Assembly (NCBI GenBank): GCA_950097015.1
Contig: CATNEN010000002.1
Location: 7,688,001-7,752,000, forward strand
Direction: 5' to 3'
DNA: 64,000 nucleotides
DNA from: Macrostomum hystrix
Lineage: Eukaryota; Animalia; Platyhelminthes
Numbering within the stretch: the first letter of the stretch is position 1; each line of letters begins with the position of its first letter. The notes beneath the pieces were generated by a model. It made no database searches. It had not been told where the DNA came from and saw only the letters and a list, made by a program, of their open reading frames with translations. A program made the translations under genes and the position numbers. Shown here one piece after another: positions 25,501 through 38,242 of the stretch.

Positions 25501-28500
25501 GATTCTCACCTCTAAATATCACTCATGAGTCTCACCTCTAAATATCACTCATGAGTCTCACCTCTAAATATCACTCATGAGTCTCAACTCTAAATATCAC
25601 TCATGAGTCTCACCTCTAAATATCACTCTTGATTGTCACCTCTAAATATCACTCTTGAGTCTCACCTCTAAATATCACTCTTGAGTCTCACCTCTAAATA
25701 TCACTCTTGAGTCTCACCTCTAAATATCACTCATGAGTCTCACCTCTAAATATCACTCATGAGTCTCACCTCTAAATATCACTCATGAGTCTCACCTCTA
25801 AATATCACTCATGAGTCTCACCTCTAAATATCACCCATGAGTCTCACCTCTAAATATCACTCATGATTCTCACCTCTAAATATCACTCTTGATTGTCACC
25901 TCTAAATATCACTCTTGAGTCTCACCTCTAAATATCACTCATGAGTCTCACCTCTAAATATCACTCTTGAGTCTCACCTCTAATATCACTCATGAGTCTC
26001 ACCTCTAAATATCACTCTTGAGTCTCACCTCTAAATATCACTCTTGAGTCTCACCTCTAAATATCACTCTTGAGTCTCACCTCTAAATATCACTCATGAG
26101 TCTCAACTCTAAATATCACTCATGAGTCTCACCTGTAAATATCACTCATGAGTCTCACCTCTAAATATCACTCTTGAGTCTCACCTCTAAATATCACTCA
26201 TGAGTCTCACCTCTAAATATCACTCATGAGTCTCACCTCTAAATATCACTCTTGAGTCTCACATATATCACTCATGAGTCTCACCTCTAAATATCACTCA
26301 TGAGTCTCACCTCTAAATATCACTCTTGAGTCTCACATATATCACTCATGAGTCTCACCTCTAAATATCACTCATGAGTCTCACCTCTAAATATCACTCA
26401 TGAGTCTCACCTCTAAATATCACTCATGAGTCTCACCTCTAAATATCACTCATGAGTCTCACCTCTAAATATCACTCATGAGTCTCACCTCTTAATATCA
26501 CTCATGAGTCTCACCTCTAAATATCACTCATGAGTCTCACCTCTAAATATCACTCATGAGTCTCACCTCTAAATATCACTCATGAGTCTCACCTCTAAAT
26601 ATCACTCATGAGTCTCACCTCTAAATATCACTCATGAGTCTCACCTCTTAATATCACTCATGAGTCTCACCTCTAAATATCACTCATGAGTCTCACCTCT
26701 AAATATCACTCATGAGTCTCACCTCTAAATATCACTCATGAGTCTCACCTCTAAATATCACTCATGAGTCTCACCTCTAAATATCACTCATGAGTCTCAC
26801 CTCTAAATATCACCCATGAGTCTCACCTCTAAATATCACTCATGATTCTCACCTCTAAATATCACTCTTGATTGTCACCTCTAAATATCACTCTTGAGTC
26901 TCACCTCTAAATATCACTCTTGAGTCTCACCTCTAAATATCACTCTTGAGTCTCACCTCTAAATATCACTCATGAGTCTCACCTCTAAATATCACTCATG
27001 AGTCTCACCTCTAAATATCACTCATGAGTCTCACCTCTAAATATCACTCATGAGTCTCACCTCTAAATATCACTCATGAGTCTCACCTCTAAATATCACT
27101 CATGAGTCTCACCTCTAAATATCACTCATGAGTCTCACCTCTAAATATCACCCATGAGTCTCACCTCTAAATATCACTCATGATTCTCACCTCTAAATAT
27201 CACTCTTGATTGTCACCTCTAAATATCACTCTTGAGTCTCACCTCTAAATATCACTCTTGAGTCTCACCTCTAAATATCACTCTTGAGTCTCACCTCTAA
27301 ATATCACTCATGAGTCTCACCTCTAAATATCACTCATGAGTCTCACCTCTAAATATCACTCATGAGTCTCACCTCTAAATATCACTCATGAGTCTCACCT
27401 CTAAATATCACTCATGAGTCTCACCTCTAAATATCACTCATGAGTCTCACCTCTAAATATCACCCATGAGTCTCACCTCTAAATATCACTCATGATTCTC
27501 ACCTCTAAATATCACTCTTGATTGTCACCTCTAAATATCACTCTTGAGTCTCACCTCTAAATATCACTCTTGAGTCTCACCTCTAAATATCACTCTTGAG
27601 TCTCACCTCTAAATATCACTCATGAGTCTCACCTCTAAATATCACTCATGAGTCTCACCTCTAAATATCACTCATGAGTCTCACCTCTAAATATCACTCA
27701 TGAGTCTCACCTCTAAATATAACTTATGAGTCTCACCTCTAAATATCACTCTTGAGTCTCACATATATCACTCATGAGTCTCACCTCTAAATATCACTCT
27801 TGAGTCTCACATATATCACTCATGAGTCTCACCTCTAAATATCACTCTTGAGTCTCACCTCTAAATATCACTCTTGAGTCTCACCTCTAAATATCACTCA
27901 TGAGTCTCACCTCTAAATATCACTCATGAGTCTCACCTCTAAATATAACTTATGAGTCTCACCTCTAAATATAACTTATGAGTCTCACCTCTAAATATCA
28001 CTCATGAGTCTCACCTCTAAATATCACTCATGAGTCTCACCTCTAAATATCACTCATGAGTCTCAACTCTAAATATCACTCATGAGTCTCACCTCTAAAT
28101 ATCACTCTTGATTGTCACCTCTAAATATCACTCTTGAGTCTCACCTCTAAATATCACTCTTGAGTCTCACCTCTAAATATCACTCTTGAGTCTCACCTCT
28201 AAATATCACTCATGAGTCTCACCTCTAAATATCACTCTTGAGTCTCACATATATCACTCATGAGTCTCACCTCTAAATATCACTCTTGAGTCTCACCTCT
28301 AAATATCACTCTTGAGTCTCACCTCTAAATATCACTCATGAGTCTCACCTCTAAATATCACTCATGAGTCTCACCTCTAATATAACTTATGAGTCTCACC
28401 TCTAAATATAACTTATGAGTCTCACCTCTAAATATCACTCATGAGTCTCACCTCTAAATATCACTCTTGAGTCTCACATATATCACTCATGAGTCTCACC

Positions 28501-28678
28501 TCTAAATATCACTCTTGAGTCTCACCTCTAAATATCACTCTTGAGTCTCACCTCTAAATATCACTCATGAGTCTCACCTCTAAATATCACTCATGAGTCT
28601 CACCTCTAAATATAACTTATGAGTCTCACCTCTAAATATAACTTATGAGTCTCACCTCTAAATATCACTCATGAGTCT
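22525..28678. repeat. 26-bp satellite (ACCTCTAAATATCACTCATGAGTCTC), left part
   Basis: About 235 units with higher-order structure; interrupted by the LTR element and resumes at 52092. Confidence 0.97.
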
Positions 28679-28855
28679 TGTGATGAGCGCGGACGAGAGC
28701 AAAGCTCCAACCAATCTATTTGGCTTCAGCCGATATATAAGTAGCACACGCAGAGCCAGACGCGATTACATAATATGGTAGCATGAGAGAGAGAACGCTA
28801 GCATGTACACCTAGACGGGTGTACAAACTTGTGCACAGACGCTATACTCATGACA
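28679..28855 (-). mobile_element. 3' LTR (177 bp)
   Basis: Identical to 51915-52091 by inspection; termini TGTCATGAG...CTCATCACA form an 8/9 inverted repeat; PPT abuts it. Confidence 0.95.
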
Positions 28856-28865
28856 TCTCCCTTCT
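28856..28865 (-). other. Polypurine tract AGAAGGGAGA
   Basis: All-purine 10-mer immediately 5' of the 3' LTR on the minus strand. Confidence 0.85.
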
Positions 28866-29247
28866 AAAAGCAACAAAAATAGTGAATGCAGACATTACAT
28901 TAATTAAATTTCGACGAATAGCAAGCTTGCGAGAAATTAAAACGAGAGTTATAGGACAAAGCTTAAAAATTAACAAAAAAAATATTGTGACTGGATAATT
29001 AGGGAATTAAAAAAAATCTTTTTGCATCACGCAGAAATCAAAAGGAATAAAATCGATAATTATAGTTTTCAAGCAAAAAAAACTCAGAGCATAAGGCAAC
29101 TCAAAAAATCATTAGCATTTCAAATCAAATCAAAATCAAATCATGAAAAAAAAATTTTTAGCAAAAGCAACCGCAAAGAATATTAGCAAATGCTCGCAAA
29201 AAGAGTCAAAATCTAACATAAGCGCACTGCAAATAATAGTATTTAAA

Positions 29248-31204
29248 CTAGCAAGTTTTGCCCCCCTTCGGGGAGCAGAAATATTTTTAACTCGTCCAGT
29301 ATATACTTTTTAGCAGCTGTATTGTCAGCCTTTTTTGCGCTACAATGATCAGTTGACAATGATCCCCCAGTTGATAATGATCCCCCAGTTGACAATGATC
29401 CCCCAGTTGATAATGATCCCCCAGTTGACAATGATCCCCCAGTTGACAATGATCCCCCAGTTGACAATGATCCCCCAGTTGATAATGATCACCCAGTTGA
29501 CAATGATCCCCCAGTTGACAATGATCCCCCAGTTGACAATGATCCCCCAGTTGACAATGATCTCCCAGTTGACAATGATCCACCAGTTGACAATGATCCC
29601 CCAGTTGACAATGATCCCACAGTTGACAATGATCCCCCAGTTGACAATGATCCCCCAGTTGATAATGATCACCCAGTTGACAATGATCCTCCAGTTGACA
29701 ATGATCCCCCAGTTGACAATGATCCCCCAGTTGACAATGATCTCCCAGTTGACAATGATCCACCAGTTGACAATGATCCCCCAGTTCACAATGATCCCCA
29801 GTTGGCCATGATCCCCTAGTTGACAATGATCCCACAGTTGACAATGATCCCCCAGTTGACAATGATCCCCCAGTTGATAATGATCCCCCAGTTGACAATG
29901 ATCCCCCAGTTGATAATGATCCCCCAGTTGACAATGATCCCCCAGTTGACAATGATCCCCCAGTTGACAATGATCCCCCAGTTGATAATGATCACCCAGT
30001 TGACAATGATCCCCCAGTTGACAATGATCCCCCAGTTGACAATGATCCCCCAGTTGACAATGATCTCCCAGTTGACAATGATCCACCAGTTGACAATGAT
30101 CCCCCAGTTGACAATGATCCCACAGTTGACAATGATCCCCCAGTTGACAATGATCCCCCAGTTAATAATGATCACCCAGTTGACAATGATCCTCCAGTTG
30201 ACAATGATCCCCCAGTTGACAATGATCCCCCAGTTGACAATGATCTCCCAGTTGACAATGATCCACCAGTTGACAATGATCCCCCAGTTCACAATGATCC
30301 CCAGTTGGCCATGATCCCCTAGTTGACAATGATCCCACAGTTGACAATGATCCCCCAGTTTACAATGATCCCCCAGTTGATGATGATTCCCCAGTTTACA
30401 ATGATCTCCCAGTTGACAATGATCCCCCAGTTGACAATGTTCCCCCAGTTGACAATGATCCCCCAGTTCACAATGATCCCCAGTTGGCCATGATCCCCTA
30501 GTTGACAATGATCCCACAGTTGACAATGATCCCCCAGTTTACAATGATCCCCCAGTTGATGATGATCACGCAGTTGACAGTGATCCCCCAGTTGACAATG
30601 ATCTCCCAGTTGACAATGATCCCCCAGTCGACAATTATCTCTCAGTTGACTATGAACCCCCATTTGATGATGACTCCCAATTGATGATGATCCCCAGTTG
30701 ACCATGATCCCCCATTTGATGATGATTCCACAGTTTACAATTATCCCCCAGTTGACAATTATCCCCCAGTTGACAATGATCCTCCAGTTGACAATGATCC
30801 CCCAGTTGACAATTATCCCCCAGTTCTGGTTTATGATTCAAACGCTGGGTTAGCCATGATTGAAACTCTGGTTTAGCAATGATTCAAACTCTGGTTGGCT
30901 ATGATTCAAACTCTGGTTTTTAGCCATGATTCAAACTCTGGTTTAGCCATGATTCAAACTCTGCTTTAGCCATGATTCAAACTCTGCTTTAGCCATGATT
31001 CGGACTCTGGTTTAGCCATGATTCGGACTCTGGTTTAGCCATGATTCAAACTCTGGTTTAGCCATGATTCAGACTCTGGTTTAGCCATGATTCGGACTCT
31101 GGTTTAGCCATGATTCAAACTCTGGTTTAGCCATGATTCAGACACTGGTTTAGCCATGATTCAAACTCTGGTTTAGCCATGATATAAACTCTGATTTAGC
31201 CAGT
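29248..31204 (-). mobile_element. Helitron type B, copy 1 (5'-truncated), with 18-bp and 23-bp internal minisatellites
   Basis: 3' end GCTCCCC-GAA-GGGGGGC AAAACTTG CTAG; no recognisable 5' terminus before the next copy. Confidence 0.7.
29350..30832. repeat. 18-bp minisatellite (GTTGACAATGATCCCCCA) inside Helitron B1; further arrays at about 31300-31995 and 34828-35490
   Basis: Tandem 18-mers, the source of the TGGSLS/QLGDHC/NWGIIV pseudo-ORFs. Confidence 0.95.
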
Positions 31205-34200
31205 TTAGCAAGTTTTGCCCCCCTTCGGGGAGCAGAAATATTTTTAATTCATCTTGTATATACTTTTTAGCAGCTGTATTTTCAGCTTTTTTAAGCTACA
31301 ATGATCCGCCAGTTGATGATGATTACCCAGTTGACAATGATCCCCCAGTTGACAATGATCCCCCAGTTGACAATGATCCCCCAGTTGACAATGATCCCCC
31401 AGTTGACAATGATCCCCCAGTTGACAATGATCCCCCAGTTGACAATGATCCCCCAGTTGACAATGATCCCCCAGTTGATGATGATCCCCCAGTTGATGAT
31501 GATCACCCAGTTGAAAATGATCCCCCAGTTGACAATGATCCCCCAGTTGACAATAATCCCCCAGTTGACAATGATCCCCCAGTTGACAAAGATCCTCCAG
31601 TTAACAATGATCCCCCAGTTGATGATGACTCCCCATTGATGATGATCCCCAGTTAACAATGTTCCTCCAGTTGACAATGTTCCCCCAGTTGACAATGATC
31701 CCCCAGTTGATGATGACTCCCCATTGATGATGATCCCCAGTTAACAATGTTCCTCCAGTTGACAATGTTCCCCCAGTTGACAATGAACCCCCAGTTGACA
31801 ACGATCCACCAGTTGACAATGATCCCCCAGTTGACAATGATCCCCCAGTTGACAATGATCCCACAGTTGACAATGATCCCCCAGTTGACAAAGATCCCCC
31901 AGTTGATGATGATCCCCCAGTTGATGATGATCACCCAGTTGACAATGATCCCCAAGTTCACCATGATCCCCCATTTGATGATGACTCCCCAGTTGACGTT
32001 GATTTTTCAAACGCTGGGGAAGCCAAGATTCAAACTCAGATTTCGCCATGTTTTAAACCCTGGTGGGCTATGATTCAAACTCTCGTTTTGCCATGATTCA
32101 GACTCTGGTTGACTATGATTCAAACTCTGGTTTTGCCATGATTCAAGCTCTGGTTTAGCCATGATTCAAACTCTGGTTTAGCCATGGTTCAAACTCTGGT
32201 TTAGCCATGGTTCAAACTCTTGTTTAGCCATGATTCAAACTCTGGTTTAGCCATGATTCAAACTCTGGTTTAGCCATGATTCAGACGCTTGTTTAGCTAT
32301 GATTCAAACTCTGGTGTAGCCATGATTTAGTCTCTGGTTTAGCCATGATTCAAACCCTGGTGTAGCCATGATTTAGTCTCTGGTTTAGCCATGAGCCATG
32401 ATTCAGACTCTGGTGTAGCAATGATTCAGACTCTGGTTTAGCTATGATTCAAACTCTGGTTTAGCCATGATTCAGACTCTGGTTTAGCTATGATTCAAAC
32501 TCTGGTTTAGCCATGATTCAGACTCTGGTTTAGCCATGATTCAGACTCTGGTTTAGCTATGAGCCATGATTCAGACTCTGGTGTAGCAATGATTCAGACT
32601 CTGGTTTAGCCATGATTCAGACTCTGGTTTAGCTATGATTCAAACTCTGGTTTAGCCATGATTCAGACTCTGGTGTAGCCATGATTCAGACTCTGGTTTA
32701 GCCATGATTCAGACTCTAGTTTAGCCATGATTCAGACTCTGGTGTAGCCATGATTCAGACTCTGGTTTAGCCATGATTCAGACTCTGGTTTAGCCATGAT
32801 TCAGACTCTGGTTTAGCCATGATTCAGACTCTGGTTTAGCCATGATTCAAACTCTGGTTTAGCCATGATTCAGACTCTGGTTTAGCCATGATTCAGACTC
32901 TGGTTTAGCTATGATTCAAACTCTGGTTTTGCCATGATTCAGACGCTTGTTTAGCTTTGATTTAAACTCTGGTTTAGCCATGATTCAGACTCTGGTGTAG
33001 CCATGATTCAGACTCTGGTTTAGCCATGATTCAGACTCTGGTTTAGCTATGATTCAAACTCTGGTTTTGCCATGATTCAGACTCTGGTTTAGCCATGATT
33101 CAGACTCTGGTTTAGCTATGAGCCATGATTCAGACTCTGGTGTAGCAATGATTCAGACTCTGGTTTAGCCATGATTCAGACTCTGGTTTAGCTATGATTC
33201 AAACTCTGGTTTAGCCATGATTCAGACTCTGGTGTAGCCATGATTCAGACTCTGGTTTAGCCATGATTCAGACTCTAGTTTAGCCATGATTCAGACTCTG
33301 GTGTAGCCATGATTCAGACTCTGGTTTAGCCATGATTCAGACTCTAGTTTAGCCATGATTCAGACTCTGGTGTAGCCATGATTCAGACTCTGGTTTAGCC
33401 ATGATTCAGACTCTGGTTTAGCCATGATTCAGACTCTGGTTTAGCCATGATTCAGACACTGGTTTAGCCATGATTCAAACTCTGGTTTAGCCATGATTCA
33501 GACTCTGGTTTAGCCATGATTCAGACTCTGGTTTAGCTATGATTCAAACTCTGGTTTTGCCATGATTCAGACTCTGGTGTAGCCATGATTCAGACTCTGG
33601 TTTAGCCATGATTCAGACTCTGGTTTAGCTATGATTCAAACTCTGGTTTTGCCATGATTCAGACGCTTGTTTAGCTTTGATTTAAACTCTGGTTTAGCCA
33701 TGATTCAGACTCTGGTGTAGCCATGATTCAGACTCTGGTTTAGCCATGATTCAGACTCTGGTTTAGCTATGAGCCATGATTCAGACTCTGGTGTAGCAAT
33801 GATTCAGACTTTGGTTTAGCCATGATTCAGACTCTGGTTTAGCCATGATTCAGACTCTGGTTTAGCTATGAGCCATGATTCAGACTCTGGTGTAGCCATG
33901 ATTCAGACTCTGGTGTAGCCATGATTCAGACTCTGGTTTAGCATTGATTCAGACTCTGGTTTAGCCATGATTCAGACTCTGGTTTAGCCATGATTCAGAC
34001 TCTGGTTTAGCCATGATTCAAACTCTGGTTTAGCCATGATTCAAACTCTGGTTTTGCCATGATTCAGACTCTGGTTTAGCCATGATTCAGACTCTGGTTT
34101 AGCCATGATTCAGACTCTGTTTTAGCCGGTGTGCTATGATTTATGATATTTTATTTACGAAATGAAAAAAATAAATTAAAATAGTCTTCAATCACTACTG

Positions 34201-34732
34201 GCTGAAAATTAGTCTAAATGATTTGACGCAGTGCAGAATCGAACCCTAGCCTAGCCTAACCTTATTCCTAGTGCCTACACATCGGCTATTCCGTCTGTTG
34301 GTTAGTGGGTGCAAAAATCAGCCTTATAAAATGAATTCTCAAAGTTCTGGCTTTGTACAATGAAGTAAGAAAATAGAGTACACTCAGTCTCGCGGTTGGT
34401 TGTGTACATTTATTTCCAATTTGTCTCCAGAGTGCAGGCTTCAAATTCAATCAGCTAGGGGTTGTTGCGCAATTTGACGATGCAATTCCAATTCAGCGGC
34501 AGTGAGTAAAATTCTCAATAGGCCAAGATGGTTTGACCTTTGAAAAATCATGTTTTTCGAATATTTAATCCCCTTAGCAATAAAGTTAAGCTTAATAAAA
34601 ATACGTGTATAATTGTCCCCATATTTGGCATCTTTTGGTGAAGAAATGGTGAAAATCGGTTGAGCCGTTCGGGAGAAAATCAATTACAACCAAGTAAACA
34701 GTTCATTTTTAGTATATTATTTAGTATAATAG
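31205..34732 (-). mobile_element. Helitron type B, copy 2 (about 3.5 kb): type-B 3' end, 18-bp and 23-bp arrays, type-A-like 5' end
   Basis: Same 3' hairpin as B1 (ends CTAA); 34555-34722 is homologous to the 5' half of type-A units. Confidence 0.7.
32065..34127. repeat. 23-bp minisatellite (TTAGCCATGATTCAGACTCTGGT) inside Helitron B2; also 30833-31204 in B1
   Basis: About 90 tandem units. Confidence 0.95.
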
Positions 34733-34733
34733 A

Positions 34734-36482
34734 CTAGCAAGTTTTGCCCCCCTTCGGGGAGCAGAAATAATTTTAATTCGTCTAGTATATACTTTTAAGC
34801 AGCTGAATTTACAGCTTTTTGAAGCTACAATGATCCCCCAGATGACATTGATCCCCCAGATGAGATTGATCCCCCAGTTGACAATGATACCCCAGTTGAC
34901 AATGATCCCCCAGCTGACAATGATCCCCCAAATGACAATGAACCCCAGTTGACAATGATCCCCCAGTTGACAATGATCCCCCAGTTGACAATGATCCCCC
35001 AGTTGACCATGATCCCCAGTAGACAATGATCCCCCAGTTGAAAATGATCCCCCAGATGACAATGATCCCCAGTTGACAATGATCCCCCAGTTGACCATGA
35101 TCCCCAGTTGACCATGATCCCCCAGTTGACCATGATCCCCTATTTGATGATAATCCCCCAGTTGACCATGATCCCCTATTTGATGATAATCCCCATTGAT
35201 GATGATTCCCAGTTGACAATGATCCCCCCAGTTGACAATGATCCCTCAGCTGACAATGATCCAACAGATGACAAAGATCCCCCAGTTGACAATGATCCCC
35301 CAGTTGACAATGATCACCCAGTTGAAAATTATCCCCCCAGATGGCAATGATCCCCAGTTGACAATGATCCCCCAGATGACAATGATCCCCCGGTTGACAA
35401 TGATCCCTTAGTTGACAATGATCCCCCAGTTTACCATGATCCCTCATTTGATGATTACTCCCTATTGATAATGATCCTCAGTTGACAATTTTTGCCAGTT
35501 GAATATATATATTAGCTGCCTTTGTAGAAAATTGAGAAGAACAACAAATAAATGAATTAATTGAATACCGTTATGATTGTAAAAGATAACAAAATCAAAA
35601 GTTAGAGAATTTGATTCAATGACAAAATAAAATTTTTGCCATGATTTACTCGAAAAAACTTATACTATTTTCTGAAAGCGAGTACAGGAATAATAAAGCT
35701 AACAAATATCTGCTTCGACAGTAGCTAACTAAAAGCGCTTACTATTTATACTCGAACCAAAAATGCCCAAAAAATACTAATAAATAGGAACTTACGTTTT
35801 TAACTGCTGATGTTTAGAAGATTAGAATAAAAAGAAGCAGTAACAAAACCGATGCTGAAATTCTACCTGCATTCTACAAAAGCATTAAAGTACTTTACTT
35901 CGGAGCTAGATGAAAAGAAAGCGGCACAATGATCGAAGTCGAGACAAGGTTTGACAATAGAAAGGCTGCAGTTTTATGGATAGAAAGGAGGAGGAGAGGT
36001 CTCGCTAGCATTGAGCATCATAAAAGCCCAATCATGAAATCTGCTATGTACGGTTTGCGTATTCAAATCAAATCACTCGATCAGCCAAGAGACAAATTTA
36101 TAAACGTACGTACGGGTCGAAAAGCAGTGACGCAATCCTATTCAATTGAGAGTATCGGGCCCTGTTCAGTGCTATACCAATGCACGCGCGGGCGAGAAAA
36201 AGCACCGATGCAATCTAATAAAACTGACAGTGTCCGGCCCTATTCTAATTTAACATTGTTTGGCCTCCTATTGAAAGCAATAGGAAAACTCGTTTTTCGA
36301 ATATTTAATATTGTTAGCATTGAAGCAGACTAACGAAATTTTCAAGGTCTCATGCCAGTAAAATTTGGCATGTTTAGCAAAAAACGCGATCAAATTTGGT
36401 TGAGGCATTTAGCCTGTGTATCGAAATTCCACAGACAGACAGACAGACAGACAGACAGACTTTAGAGATTTAGTATAGTTGG
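34734..36482 (-). mobile_element. Helitron type B, copy 3: type-B 3' end with a different 5' end (TCCAACTATACTAAATCTCTAAAG(TCTG)n)
   Basis: CTAG at 34734 with the B hairpin; (GACA)n microsatellite and TC terminus at about 36434-36482. Confidence 0.7.
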
Positions 36483-36483
36483 A

Positions 36484-38241
36484 CTAGCTGCCTTCGCTAC
36501 CCTCTGGGTAGCCTCCCTGTGAGTTCTTATCAGTACGCGTGCGTTATCAAAACTGCAGGCTCTGATGCAATCATTAAATTTGGCACTGGAGGCCTCACTG
36601 TGCACAAGCTGAAAACAAGAATGCATTAGAAAAGCCTATTTAAAACTGTTTTTCGAATATTTAATCCCCTTGGCAATGGAATTAAGCTTAATAAAAATAC
36701 GTGTACCGATTCCGGCCCATTTGTGATCTTTTGGCGAAGGAATTGCGAAAATCGGTTGAGCCGTTCGGGAGCTAGTCGATTGCAAACAAGCAAGATTTTC
36801 ATTTTTAGTATATTAGAAGACTAGCTGCCTTCGCTACCCTCTGGGTAGCCTCACTGGAGTTCTTATCAGTTCGTTATCAAAACTGGCTCTGATGCAATCA
36901 TTAAAATTGGCACTGGAGGCCTCACTGTGCACAAGCTGTAAACAAGAATGCATTAGAAAAGCCTATTTAAAACTGTTTTTCGAATATTTAATCCCCTTGG
37001 CAATGGAATTAAGCTTAATAAAATTACGTGTACCGATTCCGGCCCAATTGTGATCTTTTGGCGAAGGAATTGTGAAAATCGGTTGAGCCGTTCGGGAGCT
37101 AGTCGATTGCAAACATACAAGCAAGCAAGCAAGCAAGATTTTCATTTTTAGTATATTAGACTAGCTGCCTTCGCTACCCTCTGGGTAGCCTCCCTGTGAG
37201 TTCTTATCAGTACGCGCGTGCGTTATCAAAACTGGCTCTGATGCAATCATTAAATTTGGCACTGGAGGCCTCACTGTGCACAAGCTGAAAACAAGAATGC
37301 ATTAGAAAAGCCTATTTAAAACTGTTTTTCGAATATTTAATCCCCTTGCCAATGGAATTAAGCTTAATAAAATTACGTGTACCGATTCCGGCCCATTTGT
37401 GATCTTTTGGCGAAGGAATTGCGAAAATCGGTTGAGCCGTTCGGGAGCTAGTCGATTGCAAACATACAAGCAAGCAAGCAAGCAAGCAAGATTTTCATTT
37501 TTAGTATATTATCATTTTTAGTATATTAGATTAGACTAGCTGCCTTCGCTACCCTCTGGGTAGCCTCCCTGTGAGTTCTTATCAGTACGCGCGTGCGTTA
37601 TCAAAACTGGCTCTGATGCAATCATTAAATTTGGCACTGGAGGCCTCACTGTGCACAAGCTGAAAACAAGAATGCATTAGAAAAGCCTATTTAAAACTGT
37701 TTTTCGAATATTTAATCTAATATACTAAAAATGAAAATCTTGCTTGTCTAATATACTAAAAATGAAAATCTTGCTTGTATGTTTGTTTGCAATCGACTAG
37801 CTCCCGAACGGCTCAACCGATTTTCAAAATTCCTTCGCCAAAAGATCACAAATGGGCCGGAATCGGTACACGTATTTTTATTAAGCTTAATTCCATTGGC
37901 AAGGGGACTAGCTGCCTTCGCTACCCTCTGGGTAGCCTCACTGGAGTTCTTATCAGTGCGTTATCAAAACTGGCTCTGATGCAATCATAAAAATTGGCAC
38001 TGGAGCCTCACTGTGCACAAGCTGAAAACAAGAATGCATTAGAAAAGCCTATTTAAAACTGTTTTTCGAATATTTAATCCCCTTGGCAATGGAATTAAGC
38101 TTAATAAAAATACGTGTACCGATTCCAGCCCAATTGCGATCTTTTAGTAAAGGAATTTTGAAAATCGGTTGAGCCGTTCGGGAGCTAGTCGATTGCAAAC
38201 ATACAAACATACAAACAAGATTTTCATTTTTAGTATATTAG
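36484..38241 (-). mobile_element. Helitron type A tandem array 1 (5 units of about 335-370 bp; CTAG ends at 36484, 36821, 37161, 37536, 37908)
   Basis: Each unit runs TCTAATATACT...(TTGC/TATG)n...GCTACCC-AGA-GGGTAGC GAAGGCAG CTAG; unit 4 has an inverted 5' half. Confidence 0.88.
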
Positions 38242-38242
38242 A

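Noticed and set aside
28719-28733. Possible NFI site in the LTR (TTGGCTTCAGCCGA)
   Set aside because: The spacer is 4 rather than 5 nt and the second half-site is mismatched.
29243-35447. TGGSLS / QLGDHC / QLTMIP repeat proteins
   Set aside because: Multi-frame read-outs of the 18-bp minisatellite inside Helitrons.
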